Of a stretch of 64,000 bases of DNA, positions 1-12,822 are shown piece by piece. Source of the DNA: Octopus bimaculoides (Eukaryota); NCBI RefSeq assembly GCF_001194135.2, contig NC_068985.1, positions 28,547,353 to 28,611,352 of the forward strand, given 5' to 3'. Made by a program: the position numbers and the translations under genes. Below the pieces are notes generated by a model that saw only the letters and a program-made list of their open reading frames with translations, made no database searches and had not been told where the DNA came from. Positions within the stretch are counted from its first letter, which is position 1. Each line of letters opens with the position of its first letter.

Positions 1-208
1 CAAACTCAGCTTTGAATAAAGAGTTAGTGTGATAATCTCATACTAACAGTATTGAGTACATTTCTGCTCAGTTGTAATTCACACCTTGTGAAATCGAGAT
101 TTATAGATATACATATATCCATACAAACTCACTGAAACACACACACACATATACAAACAATTGTATATGTATATATGTATGTCCATATCAACTTCTCTCT
201 CTCTCTCT

Positions 209-283
<75 letters not shown>

Positions 284-544
284 GCATATATATATATATA
301 CATGTATGTATATATACATGTGTATATATGTTTATATATGCTTGTGTGTTTGGTTAAGTGTGCCTGCTTATGTGAATATTTCTCAACATTTATTGAAGTG
401 AGTAACTTACTAATACAATGAGAGGTTAATGACAGAAACTGAACTAGTGAATTCGTTTTGAACACGAGCACACAATACCATACTACTGTAAAAATTAAAA
501 AAATTAAAATACCGGCTCAGTATTGATATCTTTGGAATGGCCTA

Positions 545-815
545 TCTGAGCAAAATGTACGTACTGGTTACCTATATAAGTATAATACTATAAGAAAGAA
601 ATTTCTTGATTTAATTGGTTGAAATTGAAGTCAAATATAAATCATACATCCACGCGTAGACCAGCACTGAATATAGGTATCCTCAAATTGATCTGTCTGA
701 GCGAAATAAATGCGCCGGTCACTCTTATAGTGACCAGCGCATAGTGAAGAGGTTTCTCTATTAAATTGGCTGAAATTGAAGCCAAATATAAATCATATAC
801 ATGTACGCGTGGTGT
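545..815. repeat. Degenerate tandem duplication, period 151 bp, with a GC-rich hairpin
   Basis: tctgagc at 545 and 696; aattgg.tgaaattgaag.caaatataaatcata at 613 and 764; hairpin at 710-742. Confidence 0.7.
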
Positions 816-2270
816 AGGTTACCAAGTGATTTGAATGCTGAAGTAGTGAAGTCCAAGGTCAGCTCTGAAAATGAAACCAACAATCAAAAACGTTCTGACT
901 GCGACAATCGCGCCCTCTACTTATCTTTTATATTGTTTCACTAAGACTTTTCGAATTATGACGTTCCTGAAATACAACAAATTCCCCCTGGACAGTCGTA
1001 GGCAATATTTCCCGACCGCATTCGGTTGCTATTTCTATTAGATTGAGTGACTAGGTAAAAATCTTCATCGCTGACTCGTCGTTATCAAGACGTTGTTCTT
1101 ATAACTGTTCTTGTCCTAGTCCTCCCTGAATGCACAGATCTATAATCTATAATCAAATGTCAGTCAACTTTGTCCACTCTGACCTTTTCTCCGACAGAGC
1201 TCGTATAAACTAATTTATCCAATATGTCATGTTTACTTTTTAAGACGGTATTGCATATGATTTGAGATAGATTTTGCTACTGTTCAGCAGGTCGAGCAAC
1301 GACGGAAGATCGAGTTACGAAATCCTTGTTATAACCATGAATGTTATATACAAATGCATAAGAACCTTTTGGTTCAGATCTGTGCCCCAAAATTTAATTC
1401 TACAGTTAAATCTTTAATCTATAATTGAATTTTTAATTTTTACGAATTCAGAGTGGGTAAATTTTATTTAATGTCTGGTTTATTCTTAACGCTGATACCA
1501 TTTATTTTATAAGGACTCTAAGCGATTTTATTATTTTCAAACTGTGACGTTGGCGAAATTAGGTTTGCAGGCGAGCAACTCTCCACTCATGACGTACATG
1601 TTATTTCACAGACTCTTCATAGATATGTTGAGATGAGGGGTGAATTTCTTCATAGAAAATGCAAAGTTATCATTAGGTACGAGGAATTAACAAAGAAATG
1701 CTCTAAATTCAAAACAGTTTTTCTTTAGGTTAATCAACAATATATGTGTGTATTTACGGACAAGTCTGTATTTGTGTGCGTGCATGTGTGTGTGTGTATG
1801 TGTGTGTGCTCTCNNNNNNNNNNNNNNNNNNNNNNNNNNNNNNNNNNNNNNNNNNNNNNNNNNNNNNNNNNNNNNNNNNNNNNNNNNNNNNNNNNNNNNN
1901 NNNNNNNNNNNNNNNNNNNNNNNNNNNNNNNNNNNNNNNNNNNNNNNNNNNNNNNNNNNNNNNNNNNNNNNNNNNNNNNNNNNNNNNNNNNNNNNNNNNN
2001 NNNNNNNNNNNNNNNNNNNNNNNNNNNNNNNNNNNNNNNNNNNNNNNNNNNNNNNNNNNNNNNNNNNNNNNNNNNNNNNNNNNNNNNNNNNNNNNNNNNN
2101 NNNNNNNNNNNNNNNNNNNNNNNNNNNNNNNNNNNNNNNNNNNNNNNNNNNNNNNNNNNNNNNNNNNNNNNNNNNNNNNNNNNNNNNNNNNNNNNNNNNN
2201 NNNNNNNNNNNNNNNNNNNNNNNNNNNNNNNNNNNNNNNNNNNNNNNNNNNNNNNNNNNNNNNNNNNNNN

Positions 2271-2324
<54 letters not shown>

Positions 2325-2359
2325 GAGAGAGATAGCGAGAGAGAGAGAGAGAGAGATCA

Positions 2360-2480
2360 GTGCTTCTTTGGTCCTATATTTATCGACCCTGAAAGGATGA
2401 AAGATAAAGCTGACTTCGGTGGGTTTTGATCACAAAGCGGCGAAACAATTAATGCAACGAATTTGTTCGACACGTTGGTG
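2360..2480 (-). mobile_element. SINE family B, degenerate fragment
   Basis: tttatcgaccctgaaaggatgaaag...gacttcggtgg. Confidence 0.55.
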
Positions 2481-3159
2481 ATTGTCAATTGGGCGATTTT
2501 ATGATATTTACAATGTTTTATGAAGCGGCTAATATTTTGCTGAGCTGTAAATAATAATTGTAAGTTCTGTCGCTGCCCAGTACATCTGAGCATCCTTAAT
2601 GGATATATCAACTTAAATGTATGCTAGCATGCGAGTGTTGGTGACCATCACATTGAACTGGATATAATACTGAACATTTCGATTTAATACAAATGCAGGG
2701 GCAGTCAGATTGATGGAGTTGAACACTCAACAACTTACATTCACCGGTGATGGTGATGGTGAGGGATTTAGACACAAAGCTACAGGCTAAGAAAACGCGC
2801 TTCAATTACACAGTGTTTCTGTTGGATACAGTCATAAGCTATACAACCTTGTGTTACGCTAGGTTGAACAACAACAGTTTGTGCTGATGTTTAACATCGG
2901 AGCAGTCCTGGACAAGTAGACCTACGATCAAACATGTATCACCTAAAACCATTGCCTCGCTCTTTGTGTGTGTGAGTGTGTGTTTTTCGTGCTTTCTCCT
3001 CAGAGATAGTACATTAAAGACCGTGTTTTTCAGTATATACGACAGGGTACGATTTGAGAGGCATTTGATTGCTATATCTACCTACCGACCACGCAGTGGT
3101 TTTCTCATTGGCTTATTAAATATATTGATTTCAAATTTTGTCACAAGACCAGCAATTGC

Positions 3160-3326
3160 GAGGAAGGGTAAATTGATTACATCGATCCCAGTATTCAACT
3201 GGTACTTATTTTATCAACCCCAAAAGGATAAATGACTAACTCAACCTTGGCGGAATTTGAACTCAGAACGTGAAGACGAACGAAATTTCGCCTGGCGTGT
3301 TAACGATTCTGCCAGCTCACCGCCTT
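3160..3326 (-). mobile_element. SINE family B
   Basis: Reverse complement of the family B head and body. Confidence 0.8.
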
Positions 3327-3902
3327 GGGTTTATAAAGCATATTGACCTTACATAATGCTCAAAGTTTGGAGACAGGAAGATTACGGGTTCTCGTTGCAC
3401 TCTCTCTAAAATGTCATAAGACTCTTGTTCAAACTGACACTAGTTTAATTCTGTACTCGTATAAAATAACCGTGACTTTGACATCCAAGTAGTGACATGG
3501 TGACAAACAACATACTATGAACAGAAAACCATGTGAATAACTACAACTAAAAGCAATGTTCTTTTGAAAACTTGCAGCCAGCATTTTACAGCCTCTTTAG
3601 TTATTTCCTATTCCATTCATCAAACAAAATCAGTATTTTAAAGAATTCAGTCGTCAAATTCGAATAATTTCCTTTCTATAACAATAGATTCAATTAAATT
3701 ATTGATTTATTTTATTGATACAAGAACATAAATTTGTTTGTGTTTTACGAAGTACAGAACGCAGAGGGTCTTTCACTGATAAACCCGGTAGAGGTAAAAT
3801 GAACAAAATAAAGTAATAACCACAGCCAAATTTGAGTTAAGTACATGCAGGAATTCAACTGAAATAGTGGAAGACAACTATTGTGCGAAATTATCTCCAA
3901 TG

Positions 3903-3956
<54 letters not shown>

Positions 3957-4490
3957 TGTGTGTGTGTGTGAATATATATATATAGATAGATAGATAGATA
4001 GATATATAGGGCAGGGAATCGTCAATTAGTAATAAAATTAATAATTAACAATTTTGCCGAGTAGCTCAGTATGAAAAAACCTTTATCGGTAAAACCATTT
4101 ATAATCATAAATATACAGGGATTAGCAGCTCCTGCTAATCCCTGTATANNNNNNNNNNNNNNNNNNNNNNNNNNNNNNNNNNNNNNNNNNNNNNNNNNNN
4201 NNNNNNNNNNNNNNNNNNNNNNNNNNNNNNNNNNNNNNNNNNNNNNNNNNNNNNNNNNNNNNNNNNNNNNNNNNNNNNNNNNNNNNNNNNNNNNNNNNNN
4301 NNNNNNNNNNNNNNNNNNNNNNNNNNNNNNNNNNNNNNNNNNNNNNNNNNNNNNNNNNNNNNNNNNNNNNNNNNNNNNNNNNNNNNNNNNNNNNNNNNNN
4401 NNNNNNNNNNNNNNNNNNNNNNNNNNNNNNNNNNNNNNNNNNNNNNNNNNNNNNNNNNNNNNNNNNNNNNNNNNNNNNNNNNNNNNNNNN

Positions 4491-4576
4491 GAATTTGAAC
4501 TCAGAAAGTAAAGACAGACGAAATACTGCTAAGCATTTCGTCCGGCGTGCTAACGATTCTGCCAGCTCACCACCTT
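4491..4576 (-). mobile_element. SINE family B, head (rest in gap)
   Basis: gaatttgaactcagaa...cgattctgccagctcacc. Confidence 0.8.
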
Positions 4577-4671
4577 TTTACTAACAAGTATTGGGTAATG
4601 CTTTAGTTTAATGGTAAATTGTTTTTATATATAACATGACATAAAACAAGTATCATTATATGCGAATGTGT

Positions 4672-4887
4672 AAGGCGTCGAGCTGTCGGAATCGTAAGCA
4701 CGTCGGGCTTAATGCTTAGCGGTATTTCGTCTGTCTTTACGTTCTGAGTTCAAATTCCGCTGAGGTCAACTTTGCCTTTCATCCTTCCAGGTCGATAAAA
4801 TAAGTACCATTTGAGCACTGAGGTTGATGTAATCCATTTACTGCCTTCTCCCGAAATTGCTGAATTTGTACCAAAATTTGAAAGGAA
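4672..4887 (+). mobile_element. SINE family B
   Basis: Same head, B box and body as 44014-44235. Confidence 0.8.
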
Positions 4888-4929
4888 TATATATGTGTAT
4901 GTGCCTCATATGTATATGTGTGTCATATG

Positions 4930-4969
<40 letters not shown>

Positions 4970-5289
4970 CACACAAACATTGTCGTTTTGGGTTTTGCCC
5001 CCCATTATTTGCAAATATATTTGGCGTTTTGTTAGTCAGTATTTCAAACTTCACCCACGTCTCAGATCGCGGTCATGATTCACCAGGAACATTTCAGCAA
5101 TTATATTGTTTGACACGAAGAATGACTAGTTCATTACTAATATATATATTATTGTTTGTTTATTCCCAACTTGGTTCCTTATCAAAATCTCATAAAGCTC
5201 AAACGCATATTAACCCTAACCATACTGTCGTGCATTATGGTTTTCTCCAATAAACCTTTTTTTCCAGATTGTGACCTATGGTCTAAAGA

Positions 5290-5615
5290 AAAGAATTATG
5301 GATCCTTATAAGATTTTTGAATGTCCTCACAACAAAATAGTAATTTGGAGATCCACATGAATATTTTAAGGGCTCCTGAAAAAATTTTGCTTTAGATGTA
5401 TGTATTGGAATATATTACAAGAAACATCAAAGTTTCTTTTTTTAACATTAATCATAGTTCAAACTACACAAATTATTGCGTGGAACTATTCATAAATAGC
5501 ATTCTATAAAGCTTATTTTTAAACATCGAATGGCCAGTGGTGGGTGAGGGGGTACCAGAATAAAATGATAATCAACAGGGGTCCATAGATTTTTTTAAAT
5601 CGTTGAGAACCCCTG
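5290..5615. mobile_element. hAT-like MITE remnant
   Basis: Ends in gttgagaacccctg; internal aaaatagtaa...tattttaagg..cc.taaaaaattttgct is shared with 54844-54985. Confidence 0.5.
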
Positions 5616-6412
5616 TATTAAACCTCTGTGGCATCACGAGCGACACATAAAGGCGTCTTTCGAAAAAGGAAGTGAGAATGGTGGTCGATCACCGGCTAAT
5701 CTACCTGAAGAGCGGATAGTAGTTAGTACCATATGTGACGCATCCATCATCGTTGTCATACGAACGAGTATTATTTAAGTGAACTTGGCTGAATAAGAGA
5801 AAAATAGTCTCAGGCAAGTTATCAAGTCAGAATAGTGTGAATGTTAACTAACTGAATGATTAATAATTCTTGCTTAACTGTAAGTACAGTAAATAGGTAG
5901 CCTGCTGCTCTAATTTAATACAGTTTTTGCTCTGTTACAACAATTTTGTTACAGCAGTTTTGCTCTGTTACCTAGACTTATTATACTTTAATACAAAAAT
6001 AACATACATATCTACGTGCATCCATATATATATATATATATATATATANNNNNNNNNNNNNNNNNNNNNNNNNNNNNNNNNNNNNNNNNNNNNNNNNNNN
6101 NNNNNNNNNNNNNNNNNNNNNNNNNNNNNNNNNNNNNNNNNNNNNNNNNNNNNNNNNNNNNNNNNNNNNNNNNNNNNNNNNNNNNNNNNNNNNNNNNNNN
6201 NNNNNNNNNNNNNNNNNNNNNNNNNNNNNNNNAAATAAGGATAAGATCGATATTTAAAATATTGATCTTATCAAGTGGTCAGCATGGGAATAAAAACCAT
6301 CAAAGGTAGTAATTATTTAAAATTATAATACAGGGTATCAAGAGATACCACAGCGTGGTGGTATCTCTTGATACCCTGTATTATAATTTTAAATAATTTT
6401 ATATATATATAT

Positions 6413-6459
<47 letters not shown>

Positions 6460-7384
6460 TACATATATATATATACATACATAATACATACATGCATACA
6501 TGCATACGCACAATTATATCTACAAATATGAATAGCTAATAAAAATAAATATATATAATAAATAAGATTTGTAGTATTTTTCTAAACACAGGATTTCACA
6601 TTAAGAATCTTTCAAAACTAATGCATAAAAGTATATTTCTAGCATTCGCGACATATTTTCTAACTGTTTTACCGCTTTCTATATTGTAGAACAGTTCACT
6701 ATCTTCTCTGTTTTTGATAGGAGAGGGATAGAATAATTATTTAGGGTTCAATGAAAGCAAAGGATGAAAGTTTGAATTCAGTTAAAGTTTAGTGTTTAAT
6801 AATGTACGATGAGCAAGATTTAAACTTCCATCATCTGTAATAGCTTTTAATTCAAAACAGAGAGCAGAGATTCAAACAGAGGTATGGTTAAATAAGAAGA
6901 AATATATTTCTTTTGTCCCTTATCTATAGACTTACATATGATATTCATGTATCTAACCTCTACAGCTCATAGATATATCTGACCTGTACAGCTCATAGAT
7001 ATTTCTATTTAGATGGACATGAAATATTAAATAAAATACAGTAGAAAAACGAGATACCCTCCACAATCGAATCCGAGCCATTCAGGAATATTTCTTCTTC
7101 ATTTTTTTTTTTCTACAAAGAATTTCATTCATGCTGGTGTGATTATGCTCGATTAGGATGAAGCCAACATTTCTTCTGCTTCAGAACTATGATGCCACGT
7201 AGCATGGTTCTGTCCTTAATAAACAGTCAAATGCTATTTAGTCAAAATCGTAATCGACATCGTGGAAGAATAATTCTACCGCACAACAAATGTATGGTTT
7301 CTTCGTTATCGAGGGAAACCTCATCGGCTTAACTGAGCTTCCCGAATCAAAACATTTAAATCTCTTCAACATACATGCATACAT

Positions 7385-7465
<81 letters not shown>

Positions 7466-8448
7466 NNNNNNNNNNNNNNNNNNNNNNNNNNNNNNNNNNN
7501 NNNNNNNNNNNNNNNNNNNNNNNNNNNNNNNNNNNNNNNNNNNNNNNNNNNNNNNNNNNNNNNNNNNNNNNNNNNNNNNNNNNNNNNNNNNNNNNNNNNN
7601 NNNNNNNNNNNNNNNNNNNNNNNNNNNNNNNNNNNNNNNNNNNNNNNNNNNNNNNNNNNNNNNNNNNNNNNNNNNNNNNNNNNNNNNNNNNNNNNNNNNN
7701 NNNNNNNNNNNNNNNNNNNNNNNNNNNNNNNNNNNNNNNNNNNNNNNNNNNNNNNNNNNNNNNNNNNNNNNNNNNNNNNNNNNNNNNNNNNNNNNNNNNN
7801 NNNNNNNNNNNNNNNNNNNNNNNNNNNNNNNNNNNNNNNNNNNNNNNNNNNNNNNNNNNNNNNNNNNNNNNNNNNNNNNNNNNNNNNNNNNNNNNNNNNN
7901 NNNNNNNNNNNNNNNNNNNNNNNNNNNNNNNNNNGTAATAGAGGACAATAAAACATTCGGACAGTTAGACGATACAAAGGCAGACAGGAGAAACAACAAT
8001 TAGAAGGACAGGCAAAAAAAAAGACGGGTCGTTCTTGGCTTTCTTTCTTCGGTCAAGTACTAGAAGTCACGACTGTTTCGGGCAGTTACACTTGAGGTAG
8101 TTCGATCTGGTTTCCCCACCAAAAGTCTAAGCTGAGAGCATTAGAACCCTTTGTAAGAAAGCTAGCGAATGTGTACGGCAACAAAGACACAAAACGGAGA
8201 ACATGTTACAGAAAAAGACGAAAATGGGAGAACATGGTACACAATTACGAATACAAACAACAAGAAAATAACAAGTGTCTTTCGACAGAGAACGAATGAA
8301 ATTGAGCTGAGGTGTATGAAGTGAAAGCCTAAAGGCAGGAACATCGGAGATGGACGTATATATATATATGTGTGTACGCACACACACACACGTGCGTGTA
8401 TGTACGTACGTGATTATAACACTCACACACACTTACACACATATACAT

Positions 8449-8482
<34 letters not shown>

Positions 8483-9530
8483 TATATATTTACAAACGGG
8501 AAAGTTTGAAGTCGCGGTTTCCATTGTACTAATGTCCTTCAGAAACACGAAAGTTGGCAGCACTGGTTATAATTAACGAATCAAAAGAAACTGTCATATT
8601 GGAGTGATGCCTAGCTGTATTCGTGCGATTTCTATCTCTTATGGAAGCCATTTTTCTTTATTTCGGCGTTTTTATTTTTATATTTTATGTTTTATCGAGG
8701 TAAAATTGAAGTAGACCCGTAATACTAGTAGGGTTTCTGAGATTGTAATGTTGATGCGGTTTATGCACACCTTAGTCGGCGATCGTAAGAAGAAAACGTG
8801 GCTGGAAGGGAAATCTCGAACATTGACGTATGTTCCGAGGAATGTGTTCGGAATAGTTATAAATACAATCTCAGCTGAATGTGATGGAAAACAGTGTAGA
8901 TTTCACCCCGAACTTATATAGATTGTTGGTATTGCTTTTTATCAAATTGATAATTCTAACTGAAATTTTAGCGCATTTAAAAACATTTTGATTAAGATGC
9001 ACGGTTGTCTCTCTTGTCTTTCAAACGTAATTCAATAATTCGTTCTCTCTTCTCAATACAGGTAGCACCTTAATCAATTTTTTTTTGGCGGGGGGCATAT
9101 ATATATATATATGTGTGTGNNNNNNNNNNNNNNNNNNNNNNNNNNNNNNNNNNNNNNNNNNNNNNNNNNNNNNNNNNNNNNNNNNNNNNNNNNNNNNNNN
9201 NNNNNNNNNNNNNNNNNNNNNNNNNNNNNNNNNNNNNNNNNNNNNNNNNNNNNNNNNNNNNNNNNNNNNNNNNNNNNNNNNNNNNNNNNNNNNNNNNNNN
9301 NNNNNNNNNNNNNNNNNNNNNNNNNNNNNNNNNNNNNNNNNNNNNNNNNNNNNNNNNNNNNNNNNNNNNNNNNNNNNNNNNNNNNNNNNNNNNNNNNNNN
9401 NNNNNNNNNNNNNNNNNNNNNNNNNNNNNNNNNNNNNNNNNNNNNNNNNNNNNNNNNNNNNNNNNNNNNNNNNNNNNNNNNNNNNNNNNNNNNNNNNNNN
9501 NNNNNNNNNNNNNNNNNNNNNNNNNNNNNN

Positions 9531-9737
9531 GTCTGTGCTTGTCCCCAGTACCATCGCTTGACAACCGGTTTGGTGTGTTTACGACCCCGAAACTTAGCGT
9601 TTCGGCAAAAAAAAAAAAAAATGATAGAAAAAGTACTAGGCTTACGAAGAATAAGTCTTGGGGTCGATTTGTTCGACTAAAGGCGGTGCTCCAGCATGAC
9701 CTCAATGAAATGACTGAAACAAGTAAAAGAATAAAAG
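9531..9737 (+). mobile_element. SINE family A, 3' half
   Basis: cgcttgacaaccg...taagtactaggcttac...ggcggtgctccagcatg...gactgaaacaagtaaaagaata. Confidence 0.8.
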
Positions 9738-10268
9738 AATATACGTATATATACATATATATATATGTATGTTTGTATATGTGTATGTATATATGTATGT
9801 ATCTATCAACCTATCAATCTAGCTATCTATCTGTCAATATACATATGTGTATGTGTATGTGTTTATGTATGTGTATATGTATGCGCATATACATATACAA
9901 ACAGAAGAGAAAGAGCGAGAGAGAGAGAGAGAGAAAGAAAGAAAGAAAGATACGAACATATCCGTATCCTTTTTCATTACCTTCATCTTCCTCTTTCTAT
10001 CTTTCACTTTTTCCATCTGTCCCTTTCCCTTGACTTCACACATACCCAAATACCTCACACCTTAATCTGTTTTGATAAACAATTACCAAATTAATTCCTC
10101 TAATCAAACCGAACATACAAATCTACTCATTTAGCCGTAATTATAAGATTTTACTCTTTATGAGGAATAAGGATTAAAACATATTTTCCCATGGTACGTT
10201 CCTCCTCTTCCTTCTCCTCCCCCTCCTTCGCCTCCTCCCTCCTCCTCCTCCTCCTCCTCCCCCTCCTC

Positions 10269-10632
10269 CTCCCTCCTTTTTATTTTGCTCTTTAACGGTT
10301 CCAGTATCGTAATTTTTCTCGTGAAAGCCACCAAAATGTGTGATTTAAGAGTAATTTCTTTATATAGAGGCTTCAACATTCGCTCGGTGTATGTATTTGT
10401 GCTCCAATGCATCTTCTGAGTTTATAGAAAATAATTAATGTGTGTNNNNNNNNNNCTCCCTCCTTTTTATTTTGCTCTTTAACGGTTCCAGTATCGTAAT
10501 TTTTCTCGTGAAAGCCACCAAAATGTGTGATTTAAGAGTAATTTCTTTATATAGAGGCTTCAACATTCGCTCGGTGTATGTATTTGTGCTCCAATGCATC
10601 TTCTGAGTTTATAGAAAATAATTAATGTGTGT
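10269..10632. other. Exact 177-bp duplication across a 10-N gap (probable unmerged contig overlap)
   Basis: 10269-10445 is identical to 10456-10632, separated only by Ns. Confidence 0.85.
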
Positions 10633-11122
10633 GGGGGGATTTAAGTGTGTGTGTGTGTGTGTGTGTGTACACGCATAATTAGTTGCTATTTCTAGCACTT
10701 CGCTTTGTAACCACTTGGTTCGACATTGCGTGACACCGTTAGTGCCTACTCTCATTGTTCCGGTTAACCAATGCATTGTAAGTGGAGTTACGTACATTCG
10801 TTTTATTTGTAATAGTTTATCTAAATTATTTATAGGAATCTTTGGCTGTAAACACCGACAGATAAACAGCCAGGTAAGCAACCTCTGATCAATGTCCAAT
10901 GTAGGACAAAACTAGTCATGAGGCCATGAGTGATTCTAAAGTCTACTTGCTAAAACCTCTGTGGTTTATTCATGAGATCGATTTTTATAGTCTGACAAAA
11001 TAGGTGTTTGTAATTATATCATATAACCACATACGTCGCCCTTTCAAAGCCTAGCCAGGCTCATGGGCCCGGTTTCCCGGTTTCTAAGGCGTATGTGTTA
11101 TGTTCTTCAGTCTTGTTTACAG

Positions 11123-11149
11123 ATGAGCAGCAGATGACTGAGATGATAG
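11123..11149 (+). CDS. Candidate 27-nt microexon, product unknown
   Basis: tgttcttcagtcttgtttacag|ATGAGCAGCAGATGACTGAGATGATAG|gtaaca; only phase 1-1 is open: (D)EQQMTEMI. Confidence 0.3.
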
Positions 11150-11610
11150 GTAACAGCCGACTATCAATATTCAGAAACTACGAGCCGTGACATCTGTGCG
11201 ACGCGTAGTTTCATAACAGCTGTGCTGTTGTTTGTGACCATGCCACTTAACACTTAATAACCCAGTTCACATAGATGTAAGTAGGTACCGTGGAGTGAGT
11301 GATATACAGTTTATTTTTGTAAACCGTGTGAGAATGATAAAAACTGACAAATGCTTCATTTAGTTTCTATGCTTTGCTTTGTACGCTTGATCATGGTTAT
11401 AGCATAGAGATATAAAAGTATAAACTATACAAAGCTGATTTGGCCTGATACACTACATAAAGACAAAGACATCAGTGATGACCCAATGACTGAATGAATT
11501 AATGAACTCGACGTAAATATACGCGCGCGTGTGTAGTGAGTATATGTGAATGATATTTGCGTTTCAAGTCAATTAATACAGCATATGTATAAGTGTGTAA
11601 GTATATATAT

Positions 11611-12145
11611 AAGTAATGTTAATTCTCTAAATGAGGTATTAACAGTAACTGCACGATAAAGTGAAGTATATTGCCACTTAAATGTGGCTGACCCCTAGGG
11701 GTGGATGTTACTGTTGCTTTTAGCCCCAGGAGGACATCTCCTCCAGCTGGCTTATCGACACACTTCTGTGTCCTGTTTGTTTTGCCAAGGGAAGTTATTC
11801 CTCTCATCGTGATCTGTAGCACGAACGGACCCGAGTTTCAGGGTTATTTCCCTTCGTCAGCGTCCGATAGCCANNNNNNNNNNCTGGCTTATCGACACAC
11901 TTCTGTGTCCTGTTTGTTTTGCCAAGGGAAGTTATTCCTCTCATCGTGATCTGTAGCACGAACGGACCCGAGTTTCAGGGTTATTTCCCTTCGTCAGCGT
12001 CCGATAGCCACCGATCTGCGATGAGAAAGATAATTCTTGGCAAACCTTATGTATCTTTTTCCAGTGAAATTATTCACTGATATCGAAAAAGTGAAAACAA
12101 GCAATGTTAATTCTCTAAATGAGGTATTAACAGTAACTGCACGAT
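11611..12145 (-). mobile_element. Same HHR-bearing family, copy B, about 351-bp unit plus 47-bp terminal redundancy
   Basis: Direct repeats 11611-11657 and 12099-12145 (1 mismatch in 47). The reverse complement aligns by eye with copy A along the whole unit. A 137-bp offset duplication at the N gap is subtracted to get the unit length. Confidence 0.75.
11822..11866 (-). ncRNA. Minimal type I hammerhead ribozyme, complete core (repeated at 11959-12003 across a 10-N gap)
   Basis: Minus strand reads cggacg-CTGACGA-aggg(aaataa)ccct-GAAA-c(tcgg)g-TC-cgttcg: 6-bp stem I with one G.U, 4-bp stem II, GUC site. Confidence 0.85.
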
Positions 12146-12222
12146 GAAAACAGTCTTCTGTGTAAATTCTCGGCTTTATAAATCATTTATTATTCTTTTC
12201 ATTCATTAATTAGTCTGAGGAG

Positions 12223-12415
12223 GGCGGCGAGCAGGCAGAATGCTTGGCAGTATTTCTTCCGGCTCTTTACGTTCTAAGTTCAAATTCCGCCGAGGTCTAC
12301 TGCTTTGCTTTTCATCCTATTGGAGGTCGATAAAATAATTACCAGATGGAGTTGATGCAGTCAACTCTTCCTCCCTCTAAAATTTCAGGCTTCGTGCCAA
12401 TAGTCGAAGTAATTA
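12223..12415 (+). mobile_element. SINE family B
   Basis: ggcggcgagcaggcagaat...aagttcaaattccgccgagg...aaaatttcaggc. Confidence 0.8.
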
Positions 12416-12769
12416 ATTAGTTTGAGAGATCGAAGCCAATCGTATGATGTGTGAAAGCCATCCATAGCTTGAACTCCTCTTTGAAGTAAGCGAGTATTCC
12501 AGAATGATACTATTTAGAATCTAGAATTCCAGATGCTACAATAAAATTTAGCGTACATCAATATTTCACTTTTACAGTTGATTTCCTTTGTTTTATATCA
12601 AGCATGGAATAAATTTCGATGCAACAGCTGTGTTGTCCCAGATGTGTGACCAGTAAGTCAACAACTACCAGCGACTTCAGAATTAAAAGAGCCTTTACCA
12701 GACCTACCGACAGATTATATATATATGTGTGTGTATACGCGCGCGTTTGTGTATGCTTATGTGTATGTA

Positions 12770-12809
<40 letters not shown>

Positions 12810-12822
12810 TGTGTGTGATTCT

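Noticed and set aside
11747-12010. Apparent tandem double hammerhead (11822-11866 and 11959-12003)
   Set aside because: The two segments are identical and separated by a 10-N gap, like 10269-10632, so this is most likely an unmerged contig overlap. Long reads could overturn this.
11615-12145. 43-47-bp direct repeat read as an unusually long target-site duplication
   Set aside because: The same sequence is present in copy A at 35.5 kb, so it belongs to the element.
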